A stretch of DNA of 10,880 nucleotides from Octopus sinensis (lineage: Eukaryota), in NCBI RefSeq assembly GCF_006345805.1, contig NW_021826548.1, positions 1-10,880 on the forward strand, written 5' to 3'. Below are positions 1-8,422 of the stretch, piece by piece. The notes below the pieces were generated by a model. That model did not search any database. It was not told the DNA's origin and was given only the letters and a program-made list of their open reading frames with translations. Position 1 is the first letter of the stretch, and each line of letters begins with the position of its first letter. The position numbers were made by a program, and so were the translations under genes.

Positions 1-1483
1 AGGGTACTTGAGATTATGTAATAGATTGCGTAATAAATTCGGTAATATATTATGCAATTTGGGGAAGTCTCTAGATTTAAGTATATGAGGGTACTTGAGA
101 TTATTAAATAAATTATGTAATAAATTGCGTAATACATAATGCTATTTGCGGAGTTCCCAAGATTTAGTGATACGAGGGTACTTGAGATTATGTAAAGATT
201 GCGTCATATATTGCGTAATATATTATGCAATTTGTGGAAGTCTCTAGATTTATGTATATGAGGGTACTTGAGATTATGAAATAGATTGCGTAATAAATTG
301 CGTAATATATTATGCAATTTTGGGAGGTGCCAAGATGTAAAGATACGAGGGTACTTGAGATTATGTAATAGATTGCGTAATAAATTGCGTAATATATTAT
401 GCAATTTGTGGAAGTCTCTAGATTTATGTATATGAGGGTACTTGAGATTATGTAATAGATTGCGTAATAAATTGCGTAATATATTATGCAATTTTGGGAT
501 GTGCCAAGATGTGAAGATACGAGGGTATTTGAGATTATGTAATAGTTTGCGTAATAAATTGCGTAATATATTATGTAATTTTGGGATGTGCCAAGATGTG
601 AAGATACGAGGGTACTTGAGATTATGTAATAGATTGCGTAATAAATTGCGTAATATATTATGAAATTTTGGATGTGCCAAGATGTGAAGATACGAGGGTA
701 CTTGAGATTATGTAATAGATTGCGTCATATATTGCGTAATATATTATGTATTTGTGGAACTCTCTAGAATTATTATATGAGGGTACTTGAGATTATGTAA
801 TAATTGCGTAATAAATTGCGTAATATATTATGCAATTTTGGGAGGTGCCAAGATGTGAAGATACGAGGGTACTTGAGATTATGTAATAGATTGCTAATAA
901 ATGCGTAATATATTATGCATTTTTGGGAGGTGCCAAGATATGAAGATATGAGAAAACTGAGATTATGTAATAGATTGCTTCATATATTGCGTAATTATAT
1001 TATAATTTGTGGAAGTCTCTATTTTAGTATATGAGGGTACTTGAGATTATTAAATAAATTATGTAATAAATTGCGTAATATATAATGCTATTTGGGGGAG
1101 TTCCCAAGATTTAGTGATACGAGGGTACTTGAGATTATGTAATTATGTAAAGATTGCGTCATATATTGCGTAATATATTATGCATTTGTGGAAGTCTCTA
1201 GATTTATGTATATGAGGGTTATTGAGATTATGTAATAGATTGCGTAATAAATTGCGTATTTGGAGTGGTCCCTTGAATGTGAAGATACGAGGTACTTGAG
1301 ATTATGTAATAGATTGCGTAATAAATTCGGTAATATATTATGCAATTTGGGGAAGTCTCTAGATTTAAGTATATGAGGGTACTTGAGATTATGTAATAGA
1401 TTGCGTAATAAATTGCGTAATATATTATGTAATTTGTGAAAGTCTCTAGATTTATGTATATGAGGGTCCTTGAGATTATGTAA
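1..1483. repeat. 87-bp tandem satellite, segment 1
   Basis: GAGGGTACTTGAGATTATGTAA recurs about every 87 bp. The ORF track shows a 29-aa periodicity (87 nt). Confidence 0.97.
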
Positions 1484-1757
1484 GATTGGAAAGTACAAGA
1501 AGCTCTCTGAACGGTATCTGTTCACGTCCCCTCGCCGTCGAGACTTCCGGCGTCATCGGCGAAAAGTCTCTTTCCTTTCTAAAAAGCTTGGCGCATGATC
1601 TCCCATAAACGGGGAGACCCACGCGAGTCCAAGTGGCTTTTCGAAAGGATTTCCTTGGCCATAGTACGTGGAAACTGTGTTTCCATTTACGATGCCGGGA
1701 ATTTGTAGTTAATAACTATTGTTAATTACATATAACTTTTAAAAATAAAAAAAAAAA
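1484..1757 (+). mobile_element. 5'-truncated 3' end of a CRE-like non-LTR retrotransposon, copy 1 (frameshifted)
   Basis: Near-identical to 6299-6576. Ends in poly(A) at ~1741-1757. Small indels break the frame. Confidence 0.8.
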
Positions 1758-2860
1758 GTTGCGTAATATATTATACAATTTGGGAGGTGCCAAGATGTGA
1801 AGATATGAGGATACTTGAGATTATATAATAGATTGCGTAATAAATTAGGTAATATATTATGTAATTTGGAGAGTCCCTTGATGTGAAGATACGAGGGTAT
1901 TTGAGATTATGTAATAGATGCGTAATAAATTGCGTAATTATAATTATGTAATTTTGGGAGGTGCCAAGATGTGAAGATACGAGGGTACTTGAGATTATGT
2001 AATAGATTGCGTAATAAATTGCGTAATATATTATGCAATTTTGGGAGGTCCCTTGATGTGAAGATACGAGGGTATTGAGATTATGTAATAGATTGCGTAA
2101 TAATTGCGTAATATATTATGCAATTTTGGGAGGTGCCAAGATGTGAAGATACGAATGTACTTGAGATTATGAATAGATTGCGTAATAAATGCGTAATATA
2201 TTATGCAATTTTGGGAGGTGCCAAGATGTGAAGATATGAGGATACTTGAGATTATTTAATAGATAGCGTCATATATTGCGTATAATTATATGTAATTTGT
2301 GGAAGTCTCTAGATTTATATATGAGGGTACTTGAGATATTAAATAAATTATGTAATAAATTGCTTAATATATAATGCTATTTGGAGTTCCCAAGATTTAG
2401 TGATACGAGGGTACTTGAGATTATGTAAAGATTGCGTCATATATTGCGTAATATATTATGCAATTTGGTGGAAGTCTCTAGATTTATGTATATGAGGGTA
2501 CTTGAAATTATGTAATAGATTGCGTAATAAATTGCGTAATATATTATGCATTTTGGGAGGTGCCAAGATGTGAAGATACGAGGGTACTTGAGATTATGTA
2601 ATAGATTGCGTAATAAATTGCGTAATATATTATGCAATTATGGGATGTGCCAAGATGTGAAGATACGAGGGTACTTGAGATTATGTAATAGAATGCGTCA
2701 TATATTGCGTAATATATTATGTAATTGTGGAAGTCTCTAGAATTATGTATATGAGGGTACTTGAGATTATGTAATAAATTGCGTAATAATTGCGTAATAT
2801 ATTATGCAATTTTGGGAGGTGCCAAGATGTGAAGATACGAGGGTACTTGAGATTATGTAA
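1758..2860. repeat. 87-bp tandem satellite, segment 2
   Basis: Same monomer. Includes an empty transposon target site (GAGA-TTATA-TAATAG, TTATA at 1821-1825). Confidence 0.97.
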
Positions 2861-3127
2861 GATTGGAAAGTACAAGAAGCTCTCTGAACGGTATCTGTTC
2901 ACTCCATCGCGTCGAAACTTACGGCGTCATCGGCGAAAAGTTCTCTTTCCTCTAAAAAAGCTTGCCGCATGATCTCCCATAAACGGGGAGACCCACGCGA
3001 GTCCAAGTGGCTTTTCGAAAGGATTTCCTTGGCCATAGTACGTGGAAACTGTGTTTCCATTTACGATGCCGGGATTTAGTTAGTTAATAACTATTTGTTA
3101 ATTAATATAACTTTTAAAAAAAAAAAA
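2861..3127 (+). mobile_element. 5'-truncated 3' end of a CRE-like non-LTR retrotransposon, copy 2 (frameshifted)
   Basis: Near-identical to 6299-6576, with the same 5' junction (TTATGTAA|GATTGG) and 3' junction (poly(A)|GTTGCGTAA). Confidence 0.8.
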
Positions 3128-6100
3128 GTTGCGTAATATATTATCAATTTGGGAGGTGCCAAGATGTGAAGATATGAGGATACTTGAGATTATATAATAG
3201 ATTGCGTAATAAATTAGGTAATATATTATGTAATTTGGAGAGGTCCCTTGATGTGAAGATACGAGGGTACTTGAGATTATGTAATAGATTGCGTAATAAA
3301 TTGCGTAATATATTATGCAATTTTGGGAGGTGCCAAGATGTGAAGATACGAGGGTACTTGAGATTATGTAATAGATTGCGTAATAAATTGCGTAATATAT
3401 TATGTAATTTGGAGAGGTCCCTTGATGTGAAGATACGAGGGTACTTGAAATTATGTAATTGATTGCGTAATAAGTTGCGTAATATATTATGCAATTTTAT
3501 GATGTGCCAAGATGTGAAGATACGAGGGTACTTGAGATTATGTAATAGATTGCGTAATAAATTAGGTAATATATTATGTAATTTGTGGAAGTCTCTAGAT
3601 TTAAGTATATGAGGGTACTTGAGATTATTAAATAAATTATGTAATAAATTGCGTAATACATAATGCTATTTGCGGAGTTCCCAAGATTTAGTGATACGAG
3701 GGTACTTGAGATTATGTAAAGATTGCGTCTATATTGCGTAATATATTATGCAATTTGTGGAAGTCTCTAGATTTATGTATATGAGGGTACTTGAGATATG
3801 AATAGATTGCGTAATAAATGCGTATATATTATGCAATTTTGGGAGGTGCCAAGATGTAAAGATACAGGGTACTTGAGATTATGTAATAGATTGCGTAATA
3901 AATGCGTAATATATTATGCAATTTGTGGAAGTCTCTAGATTTATGTATATGAGGGTACTTGAGATTATGTAATAGATGCGTATAAATTGCGTAATATATT
4001 ATGCAATTTTGGGATGTGCCAAGATGTGAAGATACGAGGGTATTTGAGATTATGTAATAGATTGCGTAATAAATTGCGTAATATATTATGTAATTGGGAG
4101 TTTGCCAAGATGTGAAGAACGAGGGTACTTGAGATTATGTAATAGATTGCGTAATAAATGCGTAATATATTATGAAATTTTGGGATGTGCCAAGATGTGA
4201 AGATACGAGGGTACTTGAGATATGTAATAGATTGCGTCATATATTGCGTAATATATTATGTAATTTGTGGAAGTCTCTAGAATTATGTATATGAGGGTAC
4301 TTGAGATTATGTAATAAATTGCGTAATAAATTGCGTAATAAATTGCGTAATATATTATGCAATTTTGGGAGGTGCCAAGATGTGAAGATACGAGGGTACT
4401 TGAGATTATGTAATAGATTGCGTAATAAATTGCGTAATATATTATGCAATTTTGGGAGGTGCCAAGATATGAAGATATGAGAAAACTTGAGATTATGTAA
4501 TAGATTGCTTCATATATTGCGTAATATATTATGTAATTTGTGGAAGTCTCTAGATTTAAGTATATGAGGGTACTTGAGATTATTAAATAAATTATGTAAT
4601 AAATTGCGTAATATATAATGCTATTTGGGGAGTTCCCAAGATTTAGTGATACGAGGGTACTTGAGATTATGTAAATTATGTAAAGATTGCGTCATATATT
4701 GCGTAATATTATGCAATTTGTGGAAGTCTCTAGATTATGTATATGAGGGTTATTGAGATTATGTAATAGATTGCGTATAAATTGCGTAATTTGGAGTGGT
4801 CCTAGATGTGAAGATACGAGGGTACTTGAGATTATGTAATAGATTGCGTAATAAATTCGGTAATATATTATGCAATTTGGGGAAGTCTCTAGATTTAAGT
4901 ATATGAGGGTACTTGAGATTATGTAATAGATTGCGTAATAAATTGCGTAATATATTATGTAATTTGTGAAAGTCTCTAGATTTATGTATATGAGGGTACT
5001 TGAGATTATGTAATAGATTGCGTAATAAATTGCGTAATATAATATGCAATTTGTGGAAGTCTCTAGATTTATGTATATGAGGGTACTTGAGACTATGTAA
5101 TAGATTGCGTAATATATTATGCAATTTTGGGAGGTGCCAAGATGTGAAGATACGAGGGTACTTGAGATTATGTAATAGATTGCGTCATATATTGCGTAAT
5201 ATATTATGTAATTTGTGAAAGTCTCTAGATTTATGTATATGAGGGTACTTGAGATTATGTAATAGATTGCGTAATAAATTGCGTAATATAATATGCAATT
5301 TTGGGAGGTGCCAAGATGTGAAGATACGAGGGTACTTGAGATTATGTAATAGATTGCGTAATAAATTCGGTAATATATTATGCAATTTGGGGAAGTCTCT
5401 AGATTTAAGTATATGAGGGTACTTGAGATTATTAAATAAATTATGTAATAAATTGCGTAATACATAATGCTATTGCGGAGTTCAAGATTTAGTGATACGA
5501 GGATACTTGAGATTATGTAAGATTGCGTCATATATTGCGTAATATATTATGCAATTTGTGGAAGTCTCTAGATTTATGTATATGAGGGTACTTGAGATTA
5601 TGTAATAGATTGCGTAATAATTGCTTAATATATTATGCAATTTTGGGAGGTGCCAAGATGTGAGATATGAGGATACTTGAGATTATTTAATAGATAGCGT
5701 CATATATTGCGTAATATATTATGTAATTTGTGGAAGTCTCTAGATGTATGTATGATGAGGTACTTGAGATTATTAAATAAATTATGTAATAAATTGCGTA
5801 ATATATAATGCTATTTGGGGAGTTCCCAAGATTTAGTGATACGAGGGTACTTGAGATTATGTAAAGATTGCGTCATATATTGCGTAATATATTATGCAAT
5901 TTGTGGAAGTCTCTAGATTTATGTATATGAGGGTACTTGAGATTATGTAATAGATTGCGTAATAAATTGCGTAATATATTATGCAATTTTGGGAGGTGCC
6001 AAGATGTGAAGATACGAGGGTACTTGAGATTATGTAATAGATTGCGTAATAAATTGCGTAATATATTATGCAATTTTGGGATGTGCCAAGATGTGAAGAT

Positions 6101-6298
6101 ACGAGGGTACTTGAGATTATGTAATAGATTGCGTCATATATTGCGTAATATATTATGTAATTTGTGGAAGTCTCTAGAATTATGTATATGAGGGTACTTG
6201 AGATTATGTAATAAATTGCGTAATAAATTGCGTAATATATTATGCAATTTTGGGAGGTGCCAAGATGTGAAGATACGAGGGTACTTGAGATTATGTAA
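3128..6298. repeat. 87-bp tandem satellite, segment 3
   Basis: Reference monomer 5929-6015: GAGGGTACTTGAGATTATGTAATAGATTGCGTAATAAATTGCGTAATATATTATGCAATTTTGGGAGGTGCCAAGATGTGAAGATAC. The next monomer starts at 6016. Confidence 0.97.
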
Positions 6299-6576
6299 GA
6301 TTGGAAAGTACAAGAAGCTCTCTGAACGGTATCTGTTCACTCCCATCGCCGTCGAAACTTCCGGCGTCATCGGCGAAAAGTCTCTTTCCTTTCTAAAAAA
6401 GCTTGGCCGCATGATCTCCCATAAACGGGGAGACCCACGCGAGTCCAAGTGGCTTTTCGAAAGGATTTCCTTGGCCATAGTACGTGGAAACTGTGTTTCC
6501 ATTTACGATGCCGGGAATTTAGTTAGTTAATAACTATTTGTTAATTACATATAACTTTTAAAAATAAAAAAAAAAA
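6299..6576 (+). mobile_element. 5'-truncated 3' end of a CRE-like non-LTR retrotransposon, copy 3 (best preserved)
   Basis: Open frame KIGKYKKLSERYLFTPIAVETSGVIGEKSLSFLKKLGRMISHKRGDPRESKWLFERISLAIVRGNCVSIYDAGNLVS* (stop 6528-6530). It fits the K..KY...Y.F.P.A.ET.G..G....FL..LG......R.S.AI.RGN pattern I recognise from the C-terminus of CRE-clade RLE retrotransposon proteins. A ~30-nt AT-rich UTR and a poly(A) tail follow. Family assignment is by motif recall, not by search. Confidence 0.85.
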
Positions 6577-6640
6577 GTTGCGTAATATATTATACAATTT
6601 TGGGAGGTGCCAAGATGTGAAGATATGAGGATACTTGAGA

Positions 6641-6645
6641 TTATA
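6641..6645 (+). repeat. Target-site duplication TTATA (partner at 8423-8427)
   Basis: Empty sites at 1821-1825 and 3190-3194 have a single TTATA in the same flanking context. Confidence 0.92.
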
Positions 6646-6679
6646 TGTCACAGTCCGAATAAACTACACGCCGAATAAT
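6646..6679 (+). repeat. Left terminal inverted repeat
   Basis: TGTCACAGTCCGAATAAACTACACGCCGAATAAT, containing two CCGAATAA direct repeats. Confidence 0.95.
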
Positions 6680-7095
6680 TACATTCTTTAATTTTACTGA
6701 AATTAAAAATTTACACAACAAAATGTTTAATTATTATAAAAATATGATTTTTAATGTAAAATTCATTAACCTTTTTTACTAATTTATATAAACAAAACCA
6801 ACCACACTCAATTTACGCAGTTAACTTATACGTTTGAATATTGTTAGTCCATTTTAGGTTATCCTAATAAATTTTCATATAAAATTTATCGTTAATTTAA
6901 ATAAAAAATTATTTTTATTAGGATTTATGAAAATTAATCAATTTTAGCTAATCGAGAAATATGAATTCCGTGTAACCGCTCACCGTCCTCCTTTTCGATA
7001 ACATAGAGATCATTTCTTCGCTCGACAACAATATACTTATTAACATCAAGTCCATCGTACAGCGATACTGCCGAACATTGGCATCGTTGTCCTGT

Positions 7096-7121
7096 CTAAA
7101 AATTAATTTGACGCTTGAGAC
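7096..7121 (-). other. Putative spliceosomal intron 5 (26 nt)
   Basis: AG|GTCTCAAGCGTCAAATTAATTTTTAG. It contains an in-frame TAA. Removal joins VGTTVLLR to QDNDAN. Confidence 0.65.
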
Positions 7122-7463
7122 CTTAAAAGCACAGTCGTTCCGACATTGATATTTTCTTCGTCGTATCTCCATTTTCTTTTTTCAATCATTTTTTCGCCAG
7201 CATAATTAAGTTTTCTAATGCACTTTCTCGTGCCTCTGATAATCCAGTTGAATCATAGGCTAAAAGTTTGCTCCATTCCCCCTTCATCAATCCTTCCAGG
7301 ATTTTCAACACCCATGAATATTAAAAAGGGATTTTTTTGTCGAAGAATGAATGCTGTTATTGTAATCATACACGATGTCCTTTATGCATTCGCGATATCG
7401 TCCAAAACAAATTTTGAGAAGAACTTGCCGACGATATCCAGCGTTTTAATGCTTTGATTAAAT

Positions 7464-7490
7464 CTACAAATCGATTTTTAAATCATTAAC
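7464..7490 (-). other. Putative spliceosomal intron 4 (27 nt)
   Basis: GTTAATGATTTAAAAATCGATTTGTAG. Removal plus one missing A restores the catalytic QGQVER-FNQ motif. Confidence 0.78.
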
Positions 7491-7730
7491 CTTCGACTTG
7501 CCTTGTACCCAAGGAGCACGAGGCCTCCCACGTACATGTTTTATACCATATTTCGTACATAGAGCATCCATTTGCGAATTGCAAAATCCCTTCCATTATC
7601 AGTGTGTAGAATAAGCGGAGGCCCGACATAATAAAAAATTCTTTGGAATAATCTGCGATTTCTTCAGAAGATTTGGTCACCGACAGTTCAAGCATTACAT
7701 ATTTGGAAAAAAATCCACAATTACCAAAAT

Positions 7731-7755
7731 CTATTTATTAACATTAAATTCATAC
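7731..7755 (-). other. Putative spliceosomal intron 3 (25 nt)
   Basis: TGG|GTATGAATTTAATGTTAATAAATAG. It contains an in-frame stop. Removal restores the conserved DGFSW-ILVIVD integrase strand exactly. Confidence 0.88.
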
Positions 7756-7879
7756 CCAGCTAAAGCCATCATTCAACGCCGAATATCTTCTGAGGTCAAT
7801 TAAATCCGCAATGTATCTGTCCCTACATCTCCTTGCAATGTTGGCGTATCGGAGGCTTCGTAGACAATAATTTTTTCGA

Positions 7880-7907
7880 CTAAGAATATTACTAAAAGGA
7901 TTATTAC
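7880..7907 (-). other. Putative spliceosomal intron 2 (28 nt)
   Basis: CAG|GTAATAATCCTTTTAGTAATATTCTTAG. Removal joins CAFCQ to SKKLLSTKPPIR. Confidence 0.75.
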
Positions 7908-8024
7908 CTGACAGAAAGCACAATTCGAAATCACCTTAGAGATTTCTTCTCTATTCAATCCATAATAGAGATTTCTTAATTTCGAAAAAGCGGTCTCTCC
8001 CAAAGTGTTATAGTTATGTTCCGC

Positions 8025-8047
8025 CTAATTTTATTTATTAAGTTGAC
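8025..8047 (-). other. Putative spliceosomal intron 1 (23 nt)
   Basis: GTCAACTTAATAAATAAAATTAG. AT-rich with GT-AG ends. Removal joins KCVE to AEHNY in frame. Confidence 0.7.
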
Positions 8048-8388
8048 CTCAACGCACTTAAGCTTTAATTCGATTTCATCTTCACAGAAAAAACGCAATT
8101 AAGCCCATTTTTTCGAAAATATGTTTTTCCCTTTTCAAAATGGAAATTCTTTCCCAATTTTGTGAGCCTGTAATCGCTCATGCCGCTCGATTGACGATGT
8201 ATCAAAGTTGGAGTCTTCATTTCTTTGATTTTGTCCAGTGTTTCCTTAATAATCTCACTACACGCATGTTTCACGCTTTTTTAAATAAAAAATAATAATG
8301 TGATTCTACTAAAATAATAATCAATTATTGATTTTTTTTCATCTAATTTTTAGATTTCTAATTTTTTCAGCCATTGTGACAAGTGTAG

Positions 8389-8422
8389 ATTATTCGGCGT
8401 GTATTTTATTCGGACTGTCACA
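8389..8422 (-). repeat. Right terminal inverted repeat
   Basis: Reverse complement TGTGACAGTCCGAATAAAATACACGCCGAATAAT, 2 mismatches to the left TIR. Confidence 0.95.

Larger units (their letters stand above)
6934..8274 (-). pseudogene. Intron-containing DD35E integrase/transposase (rve family, Ginger/KRBA2-SCAND3-like), frameshifted as given; start codon uncertain
   Basis: Manual minus-strand reconstruction: ...LRFFCEDEIELKLKCVE/AEHNYNTLGETAFSKLRNLYYGLNREEISKVISNCAFCQ (Zn-binding-like; second His not evident)/SKKLLSTKPPIR..IARRCRDRYIADLIDLRRYSALNDGFSW/ILVIVDFFSKYVMLE...QRIFYYVGPPLILHTDNGRDF.NSQMDALCTKYGIKHVRGRPRAPWVQGQVER/FNQSIKRW...YDYNNSIHSSTKKSPFLIFMG...NVGTTVLLR/QDNDANVR...KYIVVERRNDLYVIEKEDGERLHGIHISRLAKID* (stop 6934-6936). 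Catalytic D at 7804-7806, D at 7598-7600 and E at 7492-7494. D-E spacing is 35 codons after repairing two 1-nt deletions. About ten 1-nt indels must be repaired overall. Confidence 0.88.
6646..8422 (-). mobile_element. Ginger-like DNA transposon (1,777 bp; TGT...ACA termini; 34-bp TIRs; 5-bp TTATA TSD)
   Basis: TIRs at 6646-6679 and 8389-8422 match at 32/34. TTATA is duplicated at 6641-6645 and 8423-8427. The satellite resumes in register after the element. It contains an integrase-type transposase and no RT, gag or LTRs. Confidence 0.9.

Noticed and set aside
5929-6015. Monomer as a spliced-leader, 5S or tRNA gene array (suggested by CRE targeting habits)
   Set aside because: I see no recognisable SL exon with Sm site, A/B boxes or cloverleaf. 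The 12-bp subrepeat structure and whole-subrepeat indels fit a plain satellite. An Rfam or small-RNA search would be needed to exclude it fully.
204-6073. Repetitive ORFs (LHNILRNLLRNLLHNLKYP..., LCNRLRNKLRNIL..., IIYYAIYYAIYY...) as a leucine-rich or repeat protein
   Set aside because: 87 bp is 29 codons, so any stop-free frame repeats. The ORFs overlap in several frames on both strands, mostly lack true ATG starts, and are interrupted by transposons.
1-6298. CRISPR-like look: constant ~55-bp segment alternating with a ~30-bp variable segment
   Set aside because: The variable segments are homologous to each other and recur as a handful of variants rather than unique spacers. No cas genes are present and the context is eukaryotic.
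6134-6502. 122-aa minus-strand ORF (and the similar 10256-10792 ORF)
   Set aside because: Antisense shadow of the retrotransposon fragment running into satellite.
6198-6530. 110-aa ORF as a standalone gene
   Set aside because: It is a chance in-frame fusion of satellite sequence with the truncated retrotransposon C-terminus. The RT and most of the endonuclease are missing.
6914-6919. AATAAA polyadenylation signal just downstream of the integrase stop (minus strand)
   Set aside because: The position is plausible, but the region is so AT-rich that the hexamer is expected by chance.
6948-7695. Short ORFs 6948-7172, 7218-7457 and 7486-7695 as separate small genes
   Set aside because: They are mostly off-frame or antisense readings of the single spliced, frameshifted integrase gene.
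6646-8422. LTR retrotransposon, solo LTR or bacterial IS3/IS481 element
   Set aside because: TG...CA ends and a 5-bp TSD would fit an LTR element, but here the ends are 34-bp inverted repeats enclosing only an integrase, with no gag or RT. The GT-AG introns argue against a bacterial IS.
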